Shown here: positions 1-9,671 of the stretch, piece after piece
Layout: each line of letters starts with the position of its first letter
Numbering within the stretch: position 1 is the first letter of the stretch
Source: Micromonas pusilla
Taxonomy: Eukaryota
NCBI GenBank assembly: GCA_000151265.1
Contig: GG663736.1
Coordinates: 966,149-998,148, forward strand
DNA length: 32,000 nucleotides
Reading direction: 5' to 3'
Translations under genes and position numbers: made by a program
Notes under the pieces: generated by a model
Database searches by the model: none
Told to the model about the DNA's origin: nothing
Seen by the model: only the letters and a program-made list of their open reading frames with translations

Positions 1-275
1 AAGTACGAGTACGAAAGTACGAAAGTACGGAAGTACCTTCGTATATTGAAGTACTGTATTCTATACCTTGACAGTACCTTGACCAACGAGAGGTGCGAAG
101 ATAGGGCCTTAGCCCTACAGAAGTACGGCGGACTTCCGGAAGTACACGACCATACCTATTTTCGTACAACGTTAACGTTGTACGTGCACAACGTACGTGT
201 ACACGTACAGCTTTACACGATCAGTTTCATTTATTGTACACGTACACGTACATGTCACGTACGTGTACAGTATGA
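1..275. repeat. GTAC/ACGT-word palindromic micro-repeat array
   Basis: Runs of gtacgaaagtac, gtaccttcg and gtacacgtacacgtac words. Track ORF 46..321 is only a translation of these words. Confidence 0.85.
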
Positions 276-618
276 AGCTATGAACCAATTGTGGTTCCGC
301 CACCATTTCAATCAGTCGTAGATTAATACGTACTCAAGTGTTGTGAAGGATCGACTTATTGATTGTATCCTGTGAGTGTATTATCAGACTATAAATATGA
401 GTGAATATGCGAGGGCATCACATCAATAGAAAGTGTATGTGTTTTTGACCCACCCGTTTGTCCTAAAGTAGTAAAATGGGTCATGGCTAATTTTGAGTGC
501 AGGTTAACAACTTTCATCCTCGCACTTTCAACAAATCGCGGTCGGTCGCAACCCTACGAGGAGTGCCGCTGTGCCCTGTCCATGACCTAGACTATGCGGC
601 CCTTTTGGCCAAATATCA

Positions 619-860
619 CGTATCTGGGCACGTGACTTTTTAAATAGACTGGAAATTGCGAACGCACAGCCGTCGTAGTCATGACCAAAAAACTGTGGGG
701 CGAGGAAACTTCCGATACTCTTGTCGCACTAGCTAGCTGCGTATCTGGGCACGTGACTTTTTAAATAGACTGGAAATTGCGAACGCACAGCCGTCGTAGT
801 CATGACCAAAAAACTATGGGGCGAGGAAACTTCCGATACTCTTGTCGCACTAGCTAGCTG
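619..860. repeat. Tandem duplication, 2 x 121 bp
   Basis: Copy 1 is 619-739 and copy 2 is 740-860. They are identical except for one mismatch (actgtgggg vs actatgggg). Each copy contains a CACGTG box (ggcacgtgac). Confidence 0.95.
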
Positions 861-1105
861 GTTACGAAGGTACGAAGGTACTGAAGTACCGAAGTACTTT
901 CGTACGAAAGTACTTCCGGAAGTACTTCCGGAAATACTTCCGTACGAAGATAGATAGACTACGAGCTAGAGACTTACGAAAGGATTTCCGGAAGTACGAA
1001 AGTACTTCTGGAAGTACCTTCGTAGAGAGCTATACTTCCGTTAGCTACTTCCGTACTGCGAAGGTACTTTCGTACTTTCGTACCTTCGAAGGTATCTAGC
1101 TAGAT
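861..1105. repeat. GTAC-word palindromic micro-repeat array
   Basis: Contains gtacgaaggtac and the perfect 16-bp palindrome gtacttccggaagtac at 910-925, among similar words. Confidence 0.85.
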
Positions 1106-1299
1106 ACTGCGGAAACTTAAAGTGGGTTCTGTACTGTTTAGTTTGTAGTACTTATCCCAGACTACTGTTCCTAATGATACGTCGCCTATCGAGGATACGT
1201 CGGTGGGTTCCTTGTGCGTGTTCTGTGTCTTGAATAATTATAATAATAATGAGCTGTCGGGTGGACTCTCTATCTATCTTTGTAGTAGACTAGTGTATT

Positions 1300-1570
1300 G
1301 CACTACGTACTGTGTAGTGTGTACTGTCTGACAGTTCTCAGAAGTACTTTCGAAAGTACTTTCGTACGTAGCTACGTAGTGCGTATGTACTGTAGTACGA
1401 AAGTACTTTCGTACGAAAGTATCTATACTTTCGTACGAAAGTACTTTGAGAGTACCTTCGAAGGTACTTTCGTACTTTCGTACTTTCTTACTTTCGAAAG
1501 TACTTTCGTACGAAGGTAACTCACTGCACTCACTCTCAAGGCGGAATACCTTCGTACGAAGATAGATACT
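1300..1570. repeat. GTAC-word palindromic micro-repeat array
   Basis: Perfect palindrome gtactttcgaaagtac at 1344-1359 and repeated gtactttcgtac units. It overlaps the 3' tail of the ORF listed next. Confidence 0.85.
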
Positions 1571-2389
1571 TGTAGCACTCTTGTAGCCCTATTTATGTCT
1601 AGTTGCTTTGGCTTCTTCCAAAACATCATACTGTAGACCTTGTCCAGATAAACTTTTAACCAATATGTAAGGTAAAATATTTCCTTGTATCCCTTAGCAA
1701 CATCTACGGTGAAGCGAAATGTTTGAGTGTCATTGTAAAGGGGTCGTCCATAATCCCCTGTCGTTGACATAAGAGCTCCAGTTCGCTGGTCAAACACTCG
1801 CTCTTCGGTAAGCTCAACAAAACCTCGCGGTGGAGTGTTAAACCTCGTGTCGTTCAAGAGGGAGTCATCACTCCTCTTTGCGAGTTGAGCGTCGTCACAG
1901 TGACGACATTTTGGAAAACCGTGTATTACAAACACGAGTTCCTCGCCGCCCTCTTGCGGAGAGATTTGTTCAGTTCCCTGTTGGTCGCCAGCTTTTGATG
2001 CGGCATCCGCCTCATCTCCGTCTGCGTCCAAGTCGTCAAGAAGCGGTGGTGCGACAGCCGCGCTGGTGGGCATTTCGGCAGAGTTCATCATTCCCTCGCC
2101 TCCATCGCCGTCAGTTGGCGACGGTGAAGTTGTTTCCTCGGCGGCGGACGGAGCGGGGGGCGAAGATGGTAGGGGCGGAGCTGACCCATCTGTAAAGACC
2201 TCTGATGAATCTCTTTCAACCACGGGGGGGGGGGGGTGAAGATGGTGGGGACGGAGCTGACCCATCTGTAGTATTGTGAAAGACTTCTCCGATGTCTCTC
2301 GCCAAGCAAGGCTTCGCAAAGCCCACGGCAAGAAGAAAAAGAATTAAGAAACTCCCCTGTTTGCGTTTCGTCTCGTTCGGCGGGGGCAT
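1423..2389 (-). CDS. Hypothetical secreted Pro/Ser-rich repeat protein, reading frame interrupted in a homopolymer
   Basis: The ATG at 2389 was verified (cat at 2387-2389 on the + strand). It opens MPPPNETKRKQGSFLILFLLAVGFAKPCLA, which looks like a signal peptide, followed by RDIGEVFHNTTDGSAPSPPSSPPPP. The frame breaks inside a 13-nt G run at 2224-2236. Removing one base joins it to track ORF 1423..2331 (VVERDSSEVFTDGSAPPLPSSPPAPS...), which is a second copy of the same repeat unit plus about 150 aa that I cannot assign to a family. The 3' end is uncertain: the ORF runs into a GTAC array, and two GTGAGT donor-like sites lie at 1519-1533. Confidence 0.5.
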
Positions 2390-2534
2390 CGTGCCTGGTG
2401 CGGGGCGAAGTGAAAACCTAACCAAAACTACGGGGGGAAGTTCAGTAAAAGTTCAGTCAAGTTCAGTAATTTCCCAAAAAATAGGCGAAAATGGGAAATG
2501 GGGGGTAGTCCCGTCCAAAATGAAACCAAAATGA

Positions 2535-2675
2535 GACAGCAGACAGATAGACAGATAGACAGCTATACCAGAAGTTTCCTATAAACTGAAAACTGAATAC
2601 TGAAGTTCAGTAGTTCAGATACATTTGTAGAAAATCTTTTGAAACCCCTGTCTAACTGTCTATCTGTCTGCTGTC
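2535..2675. repeat. Inverted repeat (28-bp arms, 27/28 match) around an 85-bp loop
   Basis: The left arm gacagcagacagatagacagatagacag is at 2535-2562. The right arm ctgtctaactgtctatctgtctgctgtc is at 2648-2675. The flanks out to about 2440 and 2766 continue as a degenerate inverted arrangement. Confidence 0.85.
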
Positions 2676-2816
2676 TAAAATTGGTCTCAAAAATGACGGG
2701 ATTTCCCTCCACCCTCCCCGCCCATTCCGCCGAAAATGACTGAGCTTGACCGAACTTGACCGAACCTTGTCCCCCGTCCTCCGTGCTTGTTTCGTGGTTG
2801 GTATGAAATGGGGCCT

Positions 2817-2932
2817 CACAGAAGTCTCACAGAAGCCCCACAGAAGACCCACAGAAGCCCAACAGAAGACCCCCAATTTAGATGATTTTCGTGTGATTTT
2901 GAAAACCCCAATTTTAGATGATTTTCGTGTGT
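2817..2932. repeat. Short tandem and direct repeats
   Basis: About five copies of an 11-12 bp unit, cacagaag(n3-4), lie at 2817-2875. The direct repeat ccccaatttagatgattttcgtgtg occurs at 2871-2895 and again at 2907-2932, the second copy with one extra t. Confidence 0.85.
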
Positions 2933-3171
2933 TTTTCTAACCCCCGATTTTTGGTTTTGAAACCCCTGATTTGGGGGTTTTTCCCGTGATTTTGAGGTGT
3001 TTTTCAACAGCTCAAAAACTTCGCAGGGCTTAAAGAGGTGCTACAGATTTCCGTGATTTCTGCGTCAGCATAGCTCACGGAGGTTTGTAGAGGTCTGGGT
3101 CGCTACGCTCCAGATACGCCCCCGAAGTCTCGTGATTTTCGTAAGGTTTTGGTCTTATTACAGAGTTAAAT

Positions 3172-3396
3172 CTACTCCTCCATTTTCGCCAGTTTCTTCT
3201 CCAATCCCTTCATAGCCTCCTCGTGCGTCTTCGGCTTATTTTCTTTAAAGTACAACGTTGTACGAAGGTAGTCTTCAATACACTTTTCCCATACGCTTTC
3301 ATCTATCGTAGCAAGCTTCACCGCTAAATTAATTGGAATAGATAGTATACTGTATTTTGGTTTGGAGGCGACTTCACTTAGGTTTCCAATTTTCAT
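3172..3396 (-). CDS. Hypothetical small Lys/Glu-rich protein (74 aa), unsupported by homology
   Basis: This is track ORF 3172..3438, whose track start is GTG. The first real ATG is at 3396: MKIGNLSEVASKPKYSILSIPINLAVKLATIDESVWEKCIEDYLRTTLYFKENKPKTHEEAMKGLEKKLAKMEE. I recognise no motif. It sits between two repeat structures. Confidence 0.25.
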   Translation of the reverse strand: MKIGNLSEVASKPKYSILSIPINLAVKLATIDESVWEKCIEDYLRTTLYFKENKPKTHEEAMKGLEKKLAKMEE

Positions 3397-3464
3397 TTTT
3401 TGGTTTTTAGAAAACCCTAAAATTGATACAAAAATCACCTATCAAATTAGGTTTTCATAGGGAA

Positions 3465-3590
3465 GGCCTACGCCCTTTAAGCCCTGAATTAGCGTTGATG
3501 CGACAGAGTTAAGGGTGAAATGAACCCGAAGGGTTCAACCCTTTAAGCTCCGTCAATTCACGCTAATTCAGGGCTTAAAGGGCGTAGGCC
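3465..3590. repeat. 126-bp hairpin-forming palindromic element, full copy of a dispersed family
   Basis: Perfect 30-bp terminal inverted repeat: ggcctacgccctttaagccctgaattagcg at 3465-3494 and cgctaattcagggcttaaagggcgtaggcc at 3561-3590. The interior contains the hairpin tgaaccc-gaa-gggttca. Partial copies lie at 3023-3042, 20291-20317 and 26239-26285. Confidence 0.85.
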
Positions 3591-3695
3591 AGTACGTGTA
3601 CAGCTGTACACGTGTACACTACATACACGTACTTCGTTTTGGATTTCCGTCCGTTCACGTACGTGTGTAGCTGTGTACACGTACAGTACAGCATG
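3591..3695. repeat. GTAC/ACGT-word array
   Basis: Consists of gtacgtgtacagctgtacacgtgtacac... words. Track ORFs 3558..3758 and 3575..3787 are translations of it. Confidence 0.8.
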
Positions 3696-4022
3696 AATAC
3701 TAGCCCTATCATAATATTTATCAAAACAAACGCTGTACCCGGAGAGGTGGAAGGACAACGCGATAGGTGAAAACCTCGAGGATTCAAGCCGCGCGGTTCA
3801 GTATTCCTTTTTTTAGACCATGTGTACCGTGTATTTATGACGTTTGGCGTATCTATTCGGGGCTCATGCCGGACGGATCATTTAGTGCTACAGAAAATGG
3901 GTTGTACGTGGCTTAGTGACGTTCTCACCTTGCGACAAGCCCGAAAGATTCAGTCGCAGACAAGTTTACGTTTTCACCGATCTATCTCTCAAACCAGAGG
4001 GACGGCGATTCCTGAATACACC

Positions 4023-4649
4023 ATGAAATATACAGATTTCGCACAAGGTCTAAATATTTCGAAGAACACTGGGGAGATCCACCTCATCACAGGGCCCATG
4101 TTTTCTGGAAAGACAACAGAGCTTCTTGAGAGAGTCTCCCAAGAAGAGGCGCTTGGACTCGTTGTTTCACTTGTTAAGTCTTTTGAGGATTTTAGATATT
4201 CGTGCGATCATATTGTGACTCATGATGGGATTCTGCGTACATGTTTCTCAGTTGCAAAACTTAATGAAATTCGCAGCACTCTTGGCGATGCTGAGTGGCG
4301 TAGAGTCGACATTTTCGCTATAGACGAAGCACAATTCCTTCCAGATCTTCCCCGGTTCTGTGCAGCCGCAGACTCAGAGAAAAAGAAAATTATTTTTGCT
4401 GGTCTTGAGGGAGACTTTCGTCGTGAACAGTTTGGCAAACTCCTCGATCTACTACCCTTGTGTGACTCTATCTTTAAACTCTCCGCAAAATGTTGTAGCT
4501 GCAATATAAGACCCGCAACATTTACCTCACGCATATCTCCTGAAAACAACACAGCACAGCAATGTATCGGTGGCTCGGATACATATCAGACCGTTTGTAG
4601 GTCGTGCTTCGTGAGGTCGAAACTCTTTGCTTTGTACCTAGTCAAATAA
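4023..4649 (+). CDS. TK1: Thymidine kinase, TK1 type
   Basis: Single exon. Motifs present: P-loop GPMFSGKTTELL, FAIDEAQF, GLEGDFRREQFG, and the C-terminal zinc ribbon CCSC...IGGSDTYQTVCRSC. The ATG at 4023 lies 22 residues before GPMF, close to the 25 residues in my recalled human TK1 N-terminus. The frame stays open upstream, with in-frame ATGs at 3837 and 3897, so a targeting extension cannot be excluded. The stop TAA is at 4647-4649. Confidence 0.9.
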   Translation: MKYTDFAQGLNISKNTGEIHLITGPMFSGKTTELLERVSQEEALGLVVSLVKSFEDFRYSCDHIVTHDGILRTCFSVAKLNEIRSTLGDAEWRRVDIFAIDEAQFLPDLPRFCAAADSEKKKIIFAGLEGDFRREQFGKLLDLLPLCDSIFKLSAKCCSCNIRPATFTSRISPENNTAQQCIGGSDTYQTVCRSCFVRSKLFALYLVK

Positions 4650-4840
4650 AGTTTCTGTTTGGCTGCCAAGGCAGCCCATACTATCAGATCGACGAAAACT
4701 CACTTTAAGGAAAAGCCGCAAAATCTTCACATCGCCCCGCCCTCTAAACTCACTTAGTGTAATGTACAACTAACTGTGTATATAGCTACACACTCCCTTT
4801 AAATCCTGATATTAGAGCGTAAATTGAAGGGCGCGTGACA

Positions 4841-5268
4841 ACATACTTCCGGAAGTATCAATACGTTACGTTCGAAAGTAGGAACGTACTATCTTTTAAC
4901 TACGTAGTACCTTTGCAGGTACGTACGTAGTTACGCACTACCTTCGAAGGTACGTGTACCTATTCAGCTGGACTATTTCCTCGGATACCAGAGTCTTGTA
5001 CGTATTATCTTCGAAGGTACTTCGAAGTACTTCTGGAAGTACACGTGCCTTCCAAGCAAGATAAGGTATATACTTCACCTTGGAAGGTACACGTACTTCC
5101 AGTTGTACTTCTTTATTTATTTATTTATTACGTGTACCTTCGTACCTTCGTAAGTACGAAATAAAGTTAATAAGTTGCCTTCGAAGGTACTGTAAGTTGT
5201 TACAAATAAATAATAAATCAAGTAATAATAAGGTCTTTCGTACGTGTACGTGTACAACTGTACATGTG
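4841..5268. repeat. GTAC-word palindromic array with A/T-rich inserts
   Basis: Contains acttccggaagta, ccttcgaaggtac and gtacgtgtacgtgtac words, plus ttatttatttattta tracts. Track ORF 5080..5298 is spurious. Confidence 0.8.
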
Positions 5269-5536
5269 AACAGCCTAAACATTTTGCACATCTCTTGATC
5301 TAAAGGAAAGTCTTGAGCAGGAAACAGTGGAGCCCAGCCAAGTATAGTCTACCTTCGAAGGTAGCAAGATAGCTAGCTATTCAACAGAGGGCACGTTAGT
5401 TATACTTGAAGGTACATGAACAAGCCCGCAGAGCAAAGTAGAGAAAATTCCAAAGTATTTATAAAGTTGTTTCTGTGAAGATACGAAGTAAGGAGGTATT
5501 GTTGATTTTAAGAGCACAGAGGTACGACTGGTAAAT

Positions 5537-5735
5537 TTATTTTTTATTTTGAATTTGAAATTCGACCATCTTGGCTTCCTCCAGCTTCACTAGTTCTGCT
5601 TTCAGGGAATTCGTTAAGCTGCTCTTCTTAGACAGTGTTCTTAGAAGTCTCGTTGAAGCGAGGTATTGTTCCTGTACGAGCTATTTGTAAATACAAAATC
5701 TATTCTGTCAAAACCACGCTCACGCTGAAACTCAT
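5537..5735 (-). CDS. Candidate 48-aa coiled-coil micro-protein (2 exons), speculative
   Basis: Exon 1 is 5735-5724 (ATG AGT TTC AGC) followed by a GTGAGC donor. The 52-nt intron ends in gtacag. Exon 2 is 5671-5537 and encodes EQYLASTRLLRTLSKKSSLTNSLKAELVKLEEAKMVEFQIQNKK plus a stop. The total of 147 nt is in frame. I recognise no homology, and this could simply be DXS 3' UTR. Confidence 0.2.
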
Positions 5736-5764
5736 ATGACTACACGTAGAGTTGCTGAAAATCA

Positions 5765-8700
5765 CTACTTCAGTAATACTGTACCGGATTCAAGCTCGTG
5801 ACCTTGACGGAAAAGGGAAGATTCAGCTTAATCCACATCCAATTTAAAAGATGTTTTACCTAGCAGTGAAAGCGCTGATGATGCGATTTGTGAGGACGAC
5901 AGCCCAGCTTCCAGGAGTTGCATTTCAAAGGCTCCAAAGGCCAGGGACAAAAAAATGTGACAAGGCGACTTGACCTCTAAATGCGAATAAACAGAGGAAA
6001 TGGTTACTCAAAGTGTGGAATGTTTTGGAGCCACACCATGTTCAATTGGCCGATCAGGAAGAGTAAGAGGACGAACCTTCACGATGAACTGGATGAGTAA
6101 AATGGCAAGAAACCGCAAAGCTCAGTAAAATATTAATCACTTCACCTTGAGGTTACCATCAAGAAGACCATCAAGAGCAAGAAACTGGAGTACGTGAGAG
6201 GCAAATCCGCCAATCGAGCCTTCTTCTACAGTGATCATAGCCGCGTGATTCTGAAGTCTTTACATCAGCTATCTGCGAGGATGATAAAACACTCCAAAAA
6301 TGGAACATACCTTCGCAAGTTGCCGAATGAGAGAAGTATCAAGTGGTTTGCAAAATCGGGCATCAGCCACTGTCACACTTATATCAAGCTCTTCGAGCAT
6401 CTATTATTCACGAAGTATTGATGAAAATGATGAAAATATTTTGCGACAACATTTATCATTATACCTTTGCTGCCTCAAGACATCTATTCGTGCATGTTCC
6501 ATATCCAAGCAAACATAAGTCAGTTCCTTCCTGTAGTATCTGACCCTTCCCTACCTCGATGACTTTACCTCGAAATATATTGTCAAGAACAGATAAAGAT
6601 TCATTTTTGAAAGTGATATTTCAGATTTTCATGTAAGGAATTATAGTTCACGTAAACTGATTTCTCTCTACCGGTACCCTGGATTTCCCATCGTGACACC
6701 CTAGTACAAGAGTCACAACAAAATGATGGCAGATATATAGTAGCATATCAAGCTTCTTTATGTAGGCCAACAGCCACCTACCTCCTCTTCTAGATCGATA
6801 CCAACGCCAGCACCGCGAGGATAACGAAAACACGAAGGCCGATCATCGATGGCAATGGAAGTAGCCACCTGAATATTAGGTTTCAAATAACATTTTCAGG
6901 GACTTTTTCTAGTTCTCACCATGTGGCAAAGCTCGGCTTCATTCATAGGTGCCATAACAACCATGTCGGGCAGACAAGCCATAAAAGCAACATCATAAGC
7001 ACCTGCATGAGTTGGACCATCTTCGCCTACTAATCCAGCGCGGTCCATAGCAAAGCGGACTGGTAACTTCTGTAAAGCCACATCGTGTACTACCTAAAAG
7101 TTGTTGGATTCTATGAGAAAACTATATGGAGTTGCATATCTTTGTTCGGGAAAAGTTGGCACCTGATCAAATCCTCGCTGCAAAAATGTCGAGTAGATCG
7201 TGCATACAGGTTTCAATCCCTCTACTGCGAGACCAGCTGCGAAAGTGACGGCATGCTGTTCCGCGATGCCAACATCAAATGTACGATCCAAAAGGCAGGG
7301 TCAGCAACACATCAGCCAAAAAAATAATACAGAATAAGATTTCCTGCATTCTGCATTCACAAACCAAACATACCGCAAAAAACCTCTCAAAGTGGTTTAA
7401 ACCAGTGCCACCACCCATGGCAGCATGGACAGCGACCACACTTTCATCGCGACTTGCTTCTCCGATCAGGGCGTCGGCAAATACTTGAGTATACGACGGA
7501 ATGCCCCCAGATGACTTCTTCTGCTTTCTATGCCAGTGTCAAACAAATGCGGAATGTAAAAAAATATTCAGAATGGTACAAGAAAGCTCCGCTAAAGATA
7601 CAGTTTCCTTACCCAGAGGCTACGTCGAACGTGGAAACTCCGTGATACTTGTCCTGTGCAGCCTCTGCATAAGAGTATCCCCGACCCTTTTCAGTCACGG
7701 TATGAATTAGCACTGGTCCAACACTTCTAGTTGACTTAACTTCCTCCAGAATAGCAACCAGGTCTTGAAGATTGTGGCCGTCCACAGTTCCAATATAGTA
7801 TAGCCTTGATAATAGAGGAGATAAGAGGAGTTAAGCACAAAAGAAGCAAGGCAACTAATTACTCACCCTAACTCCTCAAAGAGTGTCGATCCAGAGCCAC
7901 TTATCATACCGCGCGCATACTCATCAACCTTTGCTGTGACTTCTTGAACTGGAACTGGCATCTGTTTCGTTATTGCCTTGGCTGACTCATGTGCAAGAGT
8001 ACAAAAAAAAACGCTCGAGATATAAAGAAGCAAAATATCATGACTATTCTCACACCGGGGTATCCTACCCCGTAGTTCCCGGAGCGGTTTCGATGACTGC
8101 AGACGCGCAAAAGTAGAAGAGAGGGCGCCAACGGGGTCTTGATTCAAGCTGTTGTATTGGGTAGGAAGAGAAACCTGAAAATGTGAGTTGAAGAGGAGTT
8201 AGACGGATAGTCCCAGTATTTTGCATGAGATTGCAAGTAAACCTGTTGATTATCGTTCAAGATGATAATCATATTGGTATCCAAGTATCCTGCATTGTTC
8301 ATAGCTTCATAGGCCATTCCACCAGTGATGGCACCGTCACCAATCACAGCAATAACATGATTAGATCTTCCTTGCATATCCCGGGCTACTGCCATCCCAA
8401 GCCCGGCCGATATTGATGTACTGCTATGTCCGGCTCCGAAGCAGTCAAATGGACTTTCGCTTCTTTTGGTGAAAGGAGAAAGGCCTGCGATGTAGGCAGG
8501 ATAAGACTAGATCTGCCGTCGGAATTTTTTTAATGTCTTACCCCTTGTTCGCCTCATGGTGTTCATTTGTTTTCGCCTCCCAGTAAGCATCTTATGTGGA
8601 TAGGCCTATGTTGACAAACTTTAGAGAGGCTAGATCGAAGGTATCTTAAGGTTTAATAGGCTGCTGCAGACGAGGACTATTACACTTACCTGGTGGCCAA

Positions 8701-9513
8701 CGTCCCATATTATCCTATCCTTGAATAAGGGTCACAAACGCAAGGTCGATTCGTCAGTAAAAAGCAACTTTAATCTGCGCTAGGGGTATACAGTGAAAAG
8801 GTAATGCCTTACCTCAGGCTGATCAAACACGTAATTAAGAGCAACGGTGAGCTCTACAACTCCGAGACTGTTGACAGAAATGTATGTAACTGAGCGAATG
8901 AAAAAGAAAGAGTGGCCTGTCTCTAAATTGAGTCAATCATCAATTGGCCAGTCGGTATCACCTGGATCCGAGATGACCTCCAGTTTGAGAAACGTTGTAA
9001 ATTAGGTCTGCTCTTAGTTCCTTGGCAACCTGCACACGAGGAACCGTTTATCTTGAAGGGCAGCGTTAAAGATCATAAACAGTAAATCATACTCACTTGT
9101 TTAAGCTGCTCCATGCTCAGATTCTTTAAGTGGACAGGATAGTTCACAGTATCGAGCAAGGGGGTCGCCTGAAAGCAGAAATCATGGAATGCATTCCTGA
9201 AAAAAACTGTAAGTAAGTAAACGCTTATGTCTTACAGGCTTTGTCGATATCGCCCCGTATCCCTCAATCTGCGTCGAAGAAGAGCCTAAGAAGATAGAAG
9301 TGACTCAAAACAATTTGCACGCACCCCTTCAATTTGGCCATCTTCTAATTCCGATGAGACTCCTGCTATAGTAAGAAATGATCCCCTTCTCCGCCTGGAA
9401 ATTGGTTCTCCGCCAAATTTTTCAAACGAGCGGCATCCCCCGCGTTCTCGCTTCAAGAATATGTCCCGCCTCACGCTCGCAGTGAGGCTCTGAACGCCGC
9501 AAAGCGCAGACAT
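5765..9513 (-). CDS. DXS: 1-deoxy-D-xylulose-5-phosphate synthase (MEP pathway), plastid-type, 21 exons
   Basis: Hand-built model summing to 2181 nt, or 727 codons, in frame. Exons: 9513-9321, 9285-9236, 9168-9097, 9029-8962, 8867-8813, 8719-8690, 8605-8542, 8484-8243, 8174-8069, 7981-7867, 7804-7613, 7527-7374, 7288-7163, 7093-6920, 6868-6778, 6568-6465, 6400-6311, 6250-6146, 6076-6037, 5931-5860, 5802-5765. Conserved strings include [134 protein letters not shown] and [11 protein letters not shown]. The N-terminus is Ser/Arg-rich, like a transit peptide. The first two exon junctions and the last exon are the least certain. One junction lacks an AG acceptor (see findings). Confidence 0.9.
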
Positions 9514-9671
9514 CTAAAAGGTTTTAACAGTGACTTTGAGGCGCCAAGATCGACTGTTTCTGTAGAAGAGCGCCCTCTCCTCGGCGCCCCTTCTGGTTGG
9601 GTTACTTCTGCGGAGAACCTCGCGCACTGCGTGCACCTTTGTACTCGTATTCTAGTGTCCCCGTGCGGTGA

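Noticed and set aside
4661-4676. The palindrome ggctgccaaggcagcc 12 nt after the TK stop, considered as a histone-type 3' stem-loop
   Set aside because: Its sequence and loop do not match the histone stem-loop consensus. A 7-bp stem with a 2-nt loop is common by chance in a 3' UTR.
7301-7303. Reading the in-frame TGA in DXS intron 12 as recoded, so that an upstream AG acceptor could be used
   Set aside because: It would insert about 20 unconserved hydrophobic residues into the most conserved part of DXS. No supporting signal is visible, so a non-AG acceptor or an assembly error is simpler.
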